In this document: in pieces, positions 46,365 to 56,194 of the stretch
Numbering within the stretch: position 1 is the first letter of the stretch
Layout of the letters: every line of letters begins with the position of its first letter
Assembly: GCF_029946505.1 (NCBI RefSeq)
Contig: NZ_JARZHG010000009.1
Coordinates: 106,927 to 170,926 of the forward strand
From: Polyangium sp. y55x31
GTDB taxonomy: Bacteria; Myxococcota_A; Polyangia; Polyangiales; Polyangiaceae
Length of the DNA: 64,000 nucleotides
Direction of reading: 5' to 3'
Made by a program: the position numbers and the translations under genes
The notes under the pieces: model-generated
What the model was told of the DNA's origin: nothing
Databases searched by the model: none
Seen by the model: only the letters and a program-made list of their open reading frames with translations

Positions 46365-47915
46365 ATGCATCCGATCCTGTTCCGCGTGCCGCTCCCGCGC
46401 ACGACGCTGCCCCTCCTGTGGGTCCTATGCGCGCTCGCAGGGATCGCGGCGATCGTCGCGATCTACCAGTTCGTGACGAAGAACAGGTCCGTCGCGATCG
46501 GCGCCGCCGTCGCGACCGTGGCCCTCGGCGCCGCGGCCTTCGTGTTCCGCGAGACCACGGTGCCCGTCGGCCCGCTGCCCATCTACAGCTACGGCGTGAT
46601 GCTCGGCCTGTCGCTCGTCGTGGGCTGGTATCTGACGCTCGGGCTCGCGGAGCGTGATGGCCTGCCGAAGGAGCTGATGGCGAACAACTACGTGGTCACG
46701 GCCGTGGCCGCGGTGGTGGGCTCGCGCATCCTGTACATCGTTACGAACCTGAACGAGTTCGAGTCGTTCGGCGCGATGCTCGACGTCCGCAAGGGCGGGC
46801 TCGTTGCGTACGGCGGTTTCCTCGGTGGGTTCATCGGATCGCTGGTGTTCCTGCGGCGGCACGGGATCCCGCTCCTGCCGTGGGCGGACGTGGCGGTGCC
46901 GAGCTTGGCCTCGGGCCTGATGATCACGCGCGTCGGCTGTTACCTCTTCGGCTGCGATTTCGGCCAGCCGCTCGCGAAGACGGCGCCCGCGTGGCTGCAG
47001 AAGCTCGGCACGTTCCCGCGCTGGGATCCCTCGCTGATCGAGACGCCGAGCGGCGCGCCCGGCGGCTCGCCGGCGTGGATCCAGCACGTGAAGAAGCACC
47101 TCATCGACGAGGACGCGACGGGGTCGCTCCCGGTGCACCCGACGCAGATCTACGAGTCGCTCGTCGGCGCGACGCTGCTCGTGATCCTGCTCGTGTCGCG
47201 GCGGTACCAGAAGTTTCGGGGTCAAATCTTTTTGATCTTCACGTTCGCCTACGGCGTCGGCCGCTTCCTGCTGGAGATGCTGCGCGCGGACGACGAGCGC
47301 GGCTGGATCCCGCCGTCCTTGCCCGAGCACATCCTCTTGCCGCTCGCGCTCGTGCTCTTCGCGGTCGGGTACGTGGTCGGCATCTCGAAGATGGTCGAGA
47401 ACCCGACGATGCGGCGCCTGTCGCAGATCCTCGCGTTCGTCCCGGCCGTCGTGCTCTTCCTCGCGCTGCGGCCCGAGTCGTTCGGGACCTCGGCGACGAT
47501 CCAGCTCTCGACGTCGCAAGCGGTGGCGCTCAGCACGGGCGTCGCGGCGGCGATCGCGTTCTCCGTGTATCACCAGGCCGCGCTCGCTCACCCCGAGGCG
47601 GCGATGGCGATCCCGCTGCCGACCTTCGTCGACGACGAAGCGGAGGAGAAGAAGGCCGAGAGCAACGTCGCCGACGAGGACGAAGACGAAGACGGCGAGC
47701 CCGCCGCGGCGAAGAAGAAGGCCGCGGATGCGGATGCAGATGCGGACGAAGATGAAGCTGAAGCGCCGCGCGAGGTGAAGAAGAAGCCCGCGAAGAAGGC
47801 GCAGAAGGCCGCTGCATCGGACGAGGCGCCGAAGGCCGTCGCAACGAAGAAGAAGACGAAGAAGCCGGTGGAGGAAGAGCGGACGAGCGAGCCGCCTCCG
47901 TCCGAGGAGAGCTGA
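46365..47915 (+). CDS. lgt: prolipoprotein diacylglyceryl transferase with long acidic/basic C-terminal tail
   Basis: Lgt signature region ...HPTQIYES... and multiple TM helices. RBS AAGGAAGGG. Confidence 0.9.
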   Translation: MHPILFRVPLPRTTLPLLWVLCALAGIAAIVAIYQFVTKNRSVAIGAAVATVALGAAAFVFRETTVPVGPLPIYSYGVMLGLSLVVGWYLTLGLAERDGLPKELMANNYVVTAVAAVVGSRILYIVTNLNEFESFGAMLDVRKGGLVAYGGFLGGFIGSLVFLRRHGIPLLPWADVAVPSLASGLMITRVGCYLFGCDFGQPLAKTAPAWLQKLGTFPRWDPSLIETPSGAPGGSPAWIQHVKKHLIDEDATGSLPVHPTQIYESLVGATLLVILLVSRRYQKFRGQIFLIFTFAYGVGRFLLEMLRADDERGWIPPSLPEHILLPLALVLFAVGYVVGISKMVENPTMRRLSQILAFVPAVVLFLALRPESFGTSATIQLSTSQAVALSTGVAAAIAFSVYHQAALAHPEAAMAIPLPTFVDDEAEEKKAESNVADEDEDEDGEPAAAKKKAADADADADEDEAEAPREVKKKPAKKAQKAAASDEAPKAVATKKKTKKPVEEERTSEPPPSEES

Positions 47916-47918
47916 AGC

Positions 47919-48581
47919 GTGGAACTCGCCTGGGGCGAGGCGGGGCTTCTGCCCGCGATCGTGCAGGACAGGCTGACGGGTCAGGTGCGCATGATCGCGT
48001 ACATGAACCGCGCGTCGCTCGAACGGACGATCGAGACGGGGCGAGCAACGTTCTTCAGCCGATCCCGCGGCACGCTCTGGGAGAAGGGCGAGACGAGCGG
48101 GAACACGCTCGCGGTCGCGGCGATCGTCGCGGACTGCGACGCCGATGCGCTCCTCCTGCTCGTCGATCCGGCCGGGCCGACGTGCCACACGGGCAAACCC
48201 GCGTGTTTCTTCCGTCGCGTGGACGAGCACGGGATCGCCGCGGAGTCCGGCGTGGACGCGGCCGCGTTCCTCGAGGTGCTGGAGCGCGAGATCGAGGCGC
48301 GGCGCACGTCGACCGCGGAGAAGAGTTACACGCGGTCGCTGCTCGACGGAGGTCCGGCGAAGATCGGCGCGAAGATCCGCGAGGAAGCGGACGAGCTCGT
48401 CCGCGCGATCGAGAGCGAGGACGATTCGCGCGTCGCGAACGAGGCCGCGGATCTCGTGTACCACGTGCTCGTGGGGCTCGCGTCGCGCGGCGTGCCGATG
48501 CGCGACGTGGTGCGTGTGCTCGCCACGCGTGCAGGGACGAGCGGGCACGAGGAAAAAGCGAAACGAAGCGGGCCTCGCTGA
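47919..48581 (+). CDS. hisI: bifunctional phosphoribosyl-AMP cyclohydrolase / phosphoribosyl-ATP pyrophosphatase
   Basis: HisI region (LLPAIVQD...C.TG) plus HisE region (EEADELVRA...DLVYHVLV). Start is GTG. Confidence 0.9.
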   Translation: MELAWGEAGLLPAIVQDRLTGQVRMIAYMNRASLERTIETGRATFFSRSRGTLWEKGETSGNTLAVAAIVADCDADALLLLVDPAGPTCHTGKPACFFRRVDEHGIAAESGVDAAAFLEVLEREIEARRTSTAEKSYTRSLLDGGPAKIGAKIREEADELVRAIESEDDSRVANEAADLVYHVLVGLASRGVPMRDVVRVLATRAGTSGHEEKAKRSGPR

Positions 48582-48647
48582 CACGCGCGCTCCCGGTGAT
48601 CGGGCGCGTTTCGGTCGAGGGTGCTCCTCTGATAATCTCGGTCGACG

Positions 48648-49532
48648 ATGACCGGCGTTCGGCGCGCGGGGGCGCCGCAATCCCCGTTCCGCGAGCCACC
48701 GAAGCTGGAGCTCGGCCCGCTGTCGGTCGGGCTGCATCAAGCCGCGTCACGCGCGATGAAGCACCTGCCGAGCGGAGGGCGCCTCGTGCAACGAGGGCCG
48801 ACGCGGCGCATCGCGCACACGCAAGGGGCGCTCGGGTGCACGGGGCTCGTGCTCGCCGCGAGCGCCGGGTTCATCGCGCTGTCGACGGGGTGGGTGCCAC
48901 GATCGCACGCCGAGGTCGCGATGGTGATGGCCACGGTGGTCGTGGCCGGCGCGTGCCTCGCGGCCGTGCTGCTCGCCCTCGATCGCGCGCGGCCTCTGCC
49001 CACGTGCGAGGCGGAGCCCGTGCGGCATGCAGCGCGGCTCGTGGCGCAGCGGCTCTCGCGGCTCGCGACGTGCGCGACGGACGACGCGGCGCGCTTCGGC
49101 CCGAGGCGGATCAATGCGCTGCGGCGCGCGCTCTCGGCGGCCGCGGATCCCGCGCTCGCGACGTGGATCCCGGACGACGTGCGAGGCCGCGCCGAGCTCT
49201 TGCTCGCGCGGGCGATCGTGGCGCAGGCGCGTCCCGGATGGACGCGTGACGCGGCCGTGCGCGTCGAGGTGCGCAGGCTCCTCGTGCGTGCGGCCGAGCA
49301 CCTCGACGAGCCCGCCGTGGCCGAGGCGGATCTCGCGCGGCTCGACGCGGCGCCGCTCCCGCCGGCGGAGGAGGCGCCCGGCGCGCGGGGCCGGAGGCGT
49401 TTGCGACAGCGATTCGCGAGCGAGCCGCGCGCCGCCGCGGACGAGCACGCGGCCGAGGAAGAGGCCCAGAGCGAAGAGATGCGCTCCCGAGCGAGGCGAC
49501 GGAGGGAACGGCGGGCCGACGTGATACCCTGA
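48648..49532 (+). CDS. hypothetical membrane protein
   Basis: Two predicted TM helices. No recognisable domain. Start is uncertain. Confidence 0.35.
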   Translation: MTGVRRAGAPQSPFREPPKLELGPLSVGLHQAASRAMKHLPSGGRLVQRGPTRRIAHTQGALGCTGLVLAASAGFIALSTGWVPRSHAEVAMVMATVVVAGACLAAVLLALDRARPLPTCEAEPVRHAARLVAQRLSRLATCATDDAARFGPRRINALRRALSAAADPALATWIPDDVRGRAELLLARAIVAQARPGWTRDAAVRVEVRRLLVRAAEHLDEPAVAEADLARLDAAPLPPAEEAPGARGRRRLRQRFASEPRAAADEHAAEEEAQSEEMRSRARRRRERRADVIP

Positions 49533-49578
49533 GCCGGCGTTTTTCGCGTCGCCTTCCTTCTGCCGGCAAAGGTGCACG

Positions 49579-51516
49579 ATGAAGCAGAACCGCTTGCGCT
49601 CGTTCGGCCTCGGGCTCTCGTTCCTCGCAGCCGCTGCGGCCCTCCCGCTCGCCTGCTCGCCCGACTCCGGGATCAAGCCCGTCGGATCGGGCGCGAGCGG
49701 GAGCGGCGGCATGTCGTCGTCCTCCGGCGCCGCGGGCGCGGGCGGCGACGGAGGCTCGCTCTTCTTCGACTCCGGCGGGACGTGCGGCGACCCGACGGAC
49801 AAGGACAAAGACCTCATCGCCGACTTCCTCGAGCTCGGCCCGGACAAGGACACGGACGGCGACGGCACACCCGACGCGCTCGACAACGACAGCGACGGCG
49901 ACGGCGTGCTCGACGCGGACGAGGCCGCGAACCCGTTCCTGTTGAACGACGAGCCCGGACAAACGCGCGACGATAGCTGCGATCCGCTCGCGGACTCGGA
50001 CGGCGACGGCGATCCGGACGTGCGGGATCTCGACAGCGACAACGACGGCGTGTCGGACACGCAGGAGACGACGTACGACGCGGACGGCACGAAGGGCTGC
50101 CGCGTGCGTATCGACTGCGATGACGACGGCGTCATCGATCTCGTCGAGCTCGCGGCCGGATCGAACCCCACGGAGAAGGGCTCGGTCCCCGTGGATGCGG
50201 GGCTCTACTTCGTCCTGCCGTACCAGGGCGGCGAGCAGACGAAAGACTTTACGTTTTCCACCGGCGTCGCCAAGGCGGACATCTACTTCCTGATCGACAC
50301 GACCGCGTCGATGCAGCCAGCGATCGACAACCTGAAGGCGTCGATCGACACCGAGATCATCCCGACGATCTTGAACGGCGATCCCGCGGCGAGCCCGCCG
50401 ATCCCGGCGATCGGCGACGCGTGGATCGGCGTGGGCGAGGTGCGCGACGTGCCGTGGCTTCCGTACGGGCAGGACGGGGACGCGCTCTATCGGTATCGCT
50501 TCCAGGTTGGTGCTCAAACGATCTCCGGGGACCTCGCGCCGCCGGTGTTCGACGGGCAGAAGTACACGGCGCCGGTCGCGACGAAGCAGATCCTCGGCGC
50601 GCTCACGGCGGGCGGTGGCGGCGACGCGCCCGAGGGGACGTCGCAGGCGCTCTGGCTCGCCGCGACGAACCCGAACAACTACGCGCTCACGATCGGCGGG
50701 ATCTGGAACTACCCGCAGCACGCCTGTCCGCTCATGGGCGGCATCGGCGCGCCGTGCTTCCGGCCCGAGTCGCTGCCGATCTTCGTGCTCATCACGGACG
50801 CCGCGTTCCACAACGGGCCGAACGTCACGCACCAGTACGACGGGGCGAAGGTCGGCGGGACGGTGAAGACGTACGCCGACGCCGTGGCCGCGCTGAACAA
50901 CGTCAACGCGAAGGTCGTCGGCGTGCCCGTCGCGACGGGAAGCCCGGGCGCGGCGCGCGCAGATCTCACGGACCTCGCGACGCAGACGGGCAGCCTTTAC
51001 CACGACCCCGCGTTCGGCGGGAAAGACTACCCGCTCGTGCCGAAGACGGACGTCGGCAGCGGCTCGGTGTCGAAGGAGGTCGTGCGGCTGCTCGGCCTGC
51101 TCGCGGGAGCGGGCCTGCACGACGTGACCACCGCGCACGAGAACTACGCGTGCGACGGCGGCGTCGACTGCACGGGCGACGGCGTGCCGGATCTCGCGTA
51201 CCAGAACCCGCCGGTCGATCAGGGGATGGTGCCGTTCGACGCGAGCACGCTCATCACGAAGATCGAGACGCTCGAGAGCGCGGCCACTCCCCTGCCCTAT
51301 GCGAGCCGCACGGAGACCACGTTCTACGGCCTGCAAGGCGACGCGCCCGTGAGCTTCCGCGTGCACGCCGTGAACAACACGATCAAGCCCGCGACGCTGC
51401 TCGTGATGCGCGCCTTGATCCGCGTGCGTACGCCCGACGGGCAGGTCCTCGGCGGCAAGAACGGGATCAAGCTCGTGTACTTCGTCATCCCGCAGTACAT
51501 CCCCAAGGTGAAGTGA
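49579..51516 (+). CDS. lipoprotein with thrombospondin-type-3-like Ca-binding Asp repeats and a vWA domain
   Basis: Lipobox LPLACS. There are many DxDxDGxxDxxD repeats. The vWA/MIDAS motif is DIYFLIDTTASM. Confidence 0.75.
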   Translation: MKQNRLRSFGLGLSFLAAAAALPLACSPDSGIKPVGSGASGSGGMSSSSGAAGAGGDGGSLFFDSGGTCGDPTDKDKDLIADFLELGPDKDTDGDGTPDALDNDSDGDGVLDADEAANPFLLNDEPGQTRDDSCDPLADSDGDGDPDVRDLDSDNDGVSDTQETTYDADGTKGCRVRIDCDDDGVIDLVELAAGSNPTEKGSVPVDAGLYFVLPYQGGEQTKDFTFSTGVAKADIYFLIDTTASMQPAIDNLKASIDTEIIPTILNGDPAASPPIPAIGDAWIGVGEVRDVPWLPYGQDGDALYRYRFQVGAQTISGDLAPPVFDGQKYTAPVATKQILGALTAGGGGDAPEGTSQALWLAATNPNNYALTIGGIWNYPQHACPLMGGIGAPCFRPESLPIFVLITDAAFHNGPNVTHQYDGAKVGGTVKTYADAVAALNNVNAKVVGVPVATGSPGAARADLTDLATQTGSLYHDPAFGGKDYPLVPKTDVGSGSVSKEVVRLLGLLAGAGLHDVTTAHENYACDGGVDCTGDGVPDLAYQNPPVDQGMVPFDASTLITKIETLESAATPLPYASRTETTFYGLQGDAPVSFRVHAVNNTIKPATLLVMRALIRVRTPDGQVLGGKNGIKLVYFVIPQYIPKVK

Positions 51517-51556
51517 GCGCATTCCGAGCGATGTCGCGGGGCAGCGGACGAAACAC

Positions 51557-53047
51557 GTGATCGGCGCGCGCTCGCTCGTCTGGCTCTCCGCCCTCGCCGC
51601 CCTGGTGATGCCGGCCCTCGCTTCGGCCGCCGATCCGCCGCCGAGCGCGACCACGCCGACCGAGGCGCCACAACGGGCCCGCATTCGCTACACGCTCGAA
51701 GGGATCGAGCTACGCGGCAACGTCCGCACCGCGGGCCGCGTGGTGCTCCGTTACGTGAAATTCCGCGCGGGAGATCTGCTCGACGTCGACGATCCGGAGC
51801 TCGAGCTCACGCGTTACCGGCTGCTCGGCACGGGATTTTTCGCGCAGGTGGATCTCAGCCTCCGCAAGGGCTCGCGGCGCGGCGCGGCCGTGCTGATCAT
51901 CGAGGTCGTCGAGCGCAACACGCTCGTCGTGCAGAACCTCTGGGCCGGCGTCGCCGCGGACGAAGACACGGCCGGCAACGCTCGCCCGCTCTCGGCCTTC
52001 CTCGGCGTGCAGGTGGCCGAGACGAACCTCGCGGGGACCGGGATCACGCTCGGCGCAGGCGTCGCGCTCGCCGCGGATCAGTACGCGCTGCGCACGAGCT
52101 TCGTCGATCCCTCGTTCGTCGGGACGGGCTGGTCCGCCGCGCTGACGGTGCTCTACAACGACGCGCGCGATTTCTTCGGCAACCGCGACGTCCTCTTCGA
52201 AGCGCCGCTCATCGCGCAGCGCGAGGTGACGGACTACGCGGTCGTCGCCTACCGCCGCTTCGGCGCCACGATCGGCACGGGCCACGATCTCGGCGTCTCC
52301 TCGTCCTTCGCGCTCGACTACCACCTCGAACAGATCGACGCGACCGTGCCCGTCGCGGCCTCGCACATGCGCGGGCTCTCGCGCGAGCCGATCGATTTCT
52401 CCATCCGGCCCGGCCGCAGCGTGCTCTCGACCGTGCGCGGCACGCTGACGTACGACACGCGCGACGCGCCGTTTTTGACCGCGCGCGGCACGCTCGCGCA
52501 GGCGTCCGTGACGATCGGCATCCCGGGCAGCGATTACAGCTTCCAGAAGTTCGAGGCGACGGTGCGGCGATGGTGGCGCCTGCCGTGGCGGCACGTCGTG
52601 CGGTTCGACGCGTACGCCGGCGCGATCGCGGGCGACGCGCCCTTCTTCGAGCAGTTCTACGTCGGAGATTTCACCGATCTCTTGCCCGATCGCCTGCTCG
52701 CGCTCGCGCCGGATCGCAGGCAACCGCCGAACCTGCTCGGCACGGACATCATCGAGGTCCGTTACGGCGATTTCGCCGCGAAGATCGAGGGCGAATACCG
52801 CATCCCGATCTACACGGGGCGCGAGTCGGTCTACGGCGTGGATCTCTTCGCGTCGGCGGGCATCTACTCGGTGGCGACGAGCCGCGAGCTCACGGATCCG
52901 CCGACGGGATATCGGGGCTGGTCGCGCCTTCCGGTCGACGTCACGGGCAACCTCGGCCTGCGCCTCGACACGAAGCTCGGCGGCGTGACGCTCGCGTTTT
53001 CGAACGTGCTCGGGCTCGTCGCCGCGCGCAACGGGGAACGCAAATGA
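51557..53047 (+). CDS. Omp85-family outer-membrane protein with N-terminal POTRA domain
   Basis: It has a signal peptide. The POTRA-like segment is IRYTLEGIELRGNVRTAGRVVLRYVKFRAGDLLDVDDPELELTRYRLLGTGFF. The C-terminal beta-barrel-like region ends ...NVLGLVAARNGERK. Start is GTG. Confidence 0.65.
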   Translation: MIGARSLVWLSALAALVMPALASAADPPPSATTPTEAPQRARIRYTLEGIELRGNVRTAGRVVLRYVKFRAGDLLDVDDPELELTRYRLLGTGFFAQVDLSLRKGSRRGAAVLIIEVVERNTLVVQNLWAGVAADEDTAGNARPLSAFLGVQVAETNLAGTGITLGAGVALAADQYALRTSFVDPSFVGTGWSAALTVLYNDARDFFGNRDVLFEAPLIAQREVTDYAVVAYRRFGATIGTGHDLGVSSSFALDYHLEQIDATVPVAASHMRGLSREPIDFSIRPGRSVLSTVRGTLTYDTRDAPFLTARGTLAQASVTIGIPGSDYSFQKFEATVRRWWRLPWRHVVRFDAYAGAIAGDAPFFEQFYVGDFTDLLPDRLLALAPDRRQPPNLLGTDIIEVRYGDFAAKIEGEYRIPIYTGRESVYGVDLFASAGIYSVATSRELTDPPTGYRGWSRLPVDVTGNLGLRLDTKLGGVTLAFSNVLGLVAARNGERK

Positions 53048-53727
53048 CGCGTCGGGCGGCGCTCTTCGCGCTGGCCCTCGCCGCCCTGACCGCCCCGGCA
53101 ATGACCGCGCGCGCGGAGCCGCCGAAGACCCCGGCGGCCCTGCCGGCGAGGAACGCAGTCGTCGCGCTGGAGGGCAAGCAGGCGGTGATCAGCGTGCCCT
53201 TTCGCGACGTGGTCGACGCGGAGATCGAGAAAAAACTCTCGAGCGGTTTGCCCACGGTGATCGTGCTCCGCGCGTGGATCTTCCGCGAGGGCGGCACCGA
53301 GCCCGTCGCGCTCACGGCGAAGACGTGCCGCGTCGTCTACGATCTCTGGGACGAGGTGTTCCGGCTTCAGATCACGCAGCCGGGCGGGCTCGTCGACACG
53401 GTCGCCGTCAACATCGAGGGCGTCCTGCGCCAATGCGCCGAGGCCCGAAGGCTCCGCATGATCGAGCGATCACAGCTCGACGACAACATGCGGTACTTCG
53501 TCGCCGCGCTCGTCGAGGTGAACCCGATCAGCCAGGAGACGCAGGACCGCATCAAGCGCTGGGTGACGCGCCCCAACGGCTCGGCCGCGATCGGGCCGGG
53601 CGACTCGCTCTTCGGATCGTTCGTGGGCCTCTTCGTCGCGCGGATCGGGGACGCGGATCGGAAGCTCGCGTTCCGGACGCAGGTGTTTGCCCCGCCGAAC
53701 CCACCGCCGCCCGAAAAGAAGCCTTGA
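53044..53727 (+). CDS. periplasmic hypothetical protein (signal peptide), translationally coupled to the Omp85 gene
   Basis: The ATG at 53044 overlaps the upstream TGA (ATGA). The signal peptide is MTRRAALFALALAALTAPAMTARA. Confidence 0.6.
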   Translation: MTRRAALFALALAALTAPAMTARAEPPKTPAALPARNAVVALEGKQAVISVPFRDVVDAEIEKKLSSGLPTVIVLRAWIFREGGTEPVALTAKTCRVVYDLWDEVFRLQITQPGGLVDTVAVNIEGVLRQCAEARRLRMIERSQLDDNMRYFVAALVEVNPISQETQDRIKRWVTRPNGSAAIGPGDSLFGSFVGLFVARIGDADRKLAFRTQVFAPPNPPPPEKKP

Positions 53728-53749
53728 TGGAGGAACGCGAGAGGAGAGC

Positions 53750-55990
53750 TCAGGCGCAGAGCGCTTCGATTTCGGGCTCGGGTTGTGCCGCCGGGAGCGG
53801 CACCTCGGCCGCCTCGCTGCCTTCACGCACCACGGCTTCGAACGCGCTGCGGAGCTTCGACTTCGTGCGCTCTTCGAGCTGGCGCACGCGCTCGCGCGAG
53901 ACGCCGAGGCGGCGGCCGAGATCCGCGAGACTCACCTCGTCGTCCTCCTCGGAGAGCAGCCGCTCCTCGACGATCAGCCGCTCGCGTGGATCGAGCGCCT
54001 TCCACACGCGGTCCACCACGCCGCGGACGAACGCGTCACGCTCCGCGCTCGCCGTGAGGTGCTCCGGATCCGACGACGGATCGCGCAACGTCTCGAGCAG
54101 CGTCGGCCCGCCCTCCTTTTGCGACTGCGCGTCGAGCGAGGTGTCGCGCGCCGCGACCCGGAGCGACATCGAGCGGATCGCGTCCTCGGTCGTCTGGAAC
54201 CGGGTCGCGAGGAGCGCGTCGATCGAGGCGTCGCCCTCGCCGAGCTGCATCTCGAGCTTCGCCCGCTCGCGCCGCAGCCGGAAGAACGTCCGCGAGACGA
54301 GCGGCCCCGTCCCGCCGCCGACGATGCTCCACTCGCGGAGCAGGTGGTCCACGACATACGCGCGGATCCAGTAGATCGCGTACGTCTTGAAGCGGAGGTT
54401 GCGCGACGGCTCGAAGCGGCGGACCGCTTCGAGCAGGCCGAGGTTGCCCTCCTCCACGAGGTCGGCGAGCTGCATGCCGTAGCCGCGATACTGCGACGCC
54501 ACCTTCACCACGAACTGCAGGTGGCTCTCGACGAGCGCGTTCGCGGCCGCGTGATCACCGTCGCGCCGGTAACGCCAGGCGAGCTCGAGCTCGGTCTCGC
54601 GATCGAGCGCCTGATACCGCTGGATTGCGGCGCGGTAAGCTCCGAACGGCGACTGCGCCGGGCTCACGCCGAGGCTCTCCGAGCGCGGCTTGCGGTGCGC
54701 CGCGTCAGAGCTCGACGCTTTTGGGGCGAGGCGGCTCCGCGGGCTCGTCTCGGAATCGGCAGGTGGATCCGCGGCGGGTGGAGGCTCGGTCGAGCGCTCG
54801 CTGCGCGGCGCGCCGAAGACGTGTTCGTGGGGCACGCGGCTGCCCGCGGCGCCGCCGAGGTGGAGCATCGCGCGGTAGATGAAGCCTCGCGTCTTCTTCT
54901 TGTGGCCGCCGAGGATCGGCTGGATCGTGTTCGGGCTCGTCGCGTAGCCGAGCGCCTCGACCTCGCGCGAGATCTGGATCGCGAGCTTGCGCATCGTCAT
55001 GCCCGGGTGCACGGCCACGTGCTGGCGAGCGAGCTCGGCGATGGGCGCGGCCTTCACCCAGGCGAGATCGAGCTCGGTGCCCGCGGGCAGAGCGTCCTTC
55101 GGCGCGGGCGCCTCGGTCACGACGGGCGCTGCGTCTCCGCGCAGGATCGACTCGATCGCCCGCGCCATCGCGTGTCGCACGCGGCGCGCGCGCCCGTCGA
55201 CGAGCTTCTGCACGTGCGGCAGGCCGATCGTGATGCCTCGCTCGGCGAGCCGCTGCTTCAGCAGGAGCGCGAGCCTGCGTGACGAGGGCTCCTTGTGCTC
55301 GATCTTCCACGCCCTCGCGAGCTCGTGGATGGTTCGAGCGCTCTCGAAGGCCCGGCCTTCCTGCGCGCCGCGGATCTCGCGGGACATCGTCTCGATGCGC
55401 GCCTCGGCGTCGGCCGCGGAGGTCACGCCGTCGTTTCGCAGGAGCGAAAAGAGCGCGTCCTGGATCTCGCGCCGCACGAGGCGCTGCTTGCCGGCGAGGA
55501 TGCTCTGGAGCGAGTCGACGTTGAGGCGGATGCCGATCCGCTGGAGCTCCTCGCGCAGGCGGAAGGCGAGCGCGCGCTTCGATCGCTCGGGGTGCAGGTA
55601 AAGCCAGAGCTGGGCGAGCGGCAGCATGCGCTCGCAGGCGATGTACGTGGGCGTCGTGGCCGCGGACGCGCCCGAGAGGCCCGCTTCGACGAGCGCTTGC
55701 TCGATCTCCGCGACGGCGTCCGCGCCGCCCGCCTCGGCGATCATGTCGCGCAGCGCGCGCTCCACCTCGGGCGGCACCGTCGCGACCGCGCCCGAGAGCT
55801 GCCGCTTCAGCGTGCGCAGGTGATAGCGGATCCCGTGCCGCGCGAGCCGCTCGCGCAGATCCCGCGCCAGCGCTTCCCGCGAGAGGTACGAATTCCTTTG
55901 CAGGTGAAGGGCTGCCGCAGCTCGGAACGCGGCGCCCGGGATCCGTTCGGGCGTCGCTGCCATCACCGCCGCCGGCATCGTCACGCTCAT
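53750..55990 (-). CDS. sigma-70 family sigma factor (regions 2-4 in the C-terminal 300 aa) with ~450-aa N-terminal extension of four internal ~90-aa repeats
   Basis: Region 2 is DLVEEGNLGLLEAVRRFEPSRNLRFKTYAIYWIRAYV. Region 4 is SLADLGRRLGVSRERVRQLEERTKSKLR. The N-terminal repeats carry patterns such as HLRTLKRQLSG... and SLQSILAGKQ.... Confidence 0.8.
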   Translation of the reverse strand: MSVTMPAAVMAATPERIPGAAFRAAAALHLQRNSYLSREALARDLRERLARHGIRYHLRTLKRQLSGAVATVPPEVERALRDMIAEAGGADAVAEIEQALVEAGLSGASAATTPTYIACERMLPLAQLWLYLHPERSKRALAFRLREELQRIGIRLNVDSLQSILAGKQRLVRREIQDALFSLLRNDGVTSAADAEARIETMSREIRGAQEGRAFESARTIHELARAWKIEHKEPSSRRLALLLKQRLAERGITIGLPHVQKLVDGRARRVRHAMARAIESILRGDAAPVVTEAPAPKDALPAGTELDLAWVKAAPIAELARQHVAVHPGMTMRKLAIQISREVEALGYATSPNTIQPILGGHKKKTRGFIYRAMLHLGGAAGSRVPHEHVFGAPRSERSTEPPPAADPPADSETSPRSRLAPKASSSDAAHRKPRSESLGVSPAQSPFGAYRAAIQRYQALDRETELELAWRYRRDGDHAAANALVESHLQFVVKVASQYRGYGMQLADLVEEGNLGLLEAVRRFEPSRNLRFKTYAIYWIRAYVVDHLLREWSIVGGGTGPLVSRTFFRLRRERAKLEMQLGEGDASIDALLATRFQTTEDAIRSMSLRVAARDTSLDAQSQKEGGPTLLETLRDPSSDPEHLTASAERDAFVRGVVDRVWKALDPRERLIVEERLLSEEDDEVSLADLGRRLGVSRERVRQLEERTKSKLRSAFEAVVREGSEAAEVPLPAAQPEPEIEALCA

Positions 55991-56029
55991 TTCCACGACC
56001 GACCTCCCTGCTCTCGCCTGCGCCGACGC

Positions 56030-56190
56030 AAAGATTCGTTGGCGCGCGTAACACTAGACAAACATCAACATGTTACGACAACGTTGTACAAAGGCTGATG
56101 GAAATGAGGGGGGCATGTCAAGGGAGACTTTGTAAAACGTCATCAAACGTTATACAAAGAATGGACAACACAAGACCTGTGGTACACGGA
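56030..56190. promoter_or_regulatory. AT-rich divergent promoter/operator region with palindromes and direct repeats
   Basis: Palindromes aacatgtt and acaacgttgt are present. The direct repeat AACGTT(G/A)TACAAAG occurs twice. A further inverted pair is AACGT..ACGTT. AT content far exceeds the genome background. Confidence 0.5.
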
Positions 56191-56194
56191 ATTC

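Noticed and set aside
48582-48647. Terminator after hisIE
   Set aside because: GCGCGCTCCCG-gtgat-CGGGCGCG is an imperfect stem with only a 3-U tail. It is too weak to call.
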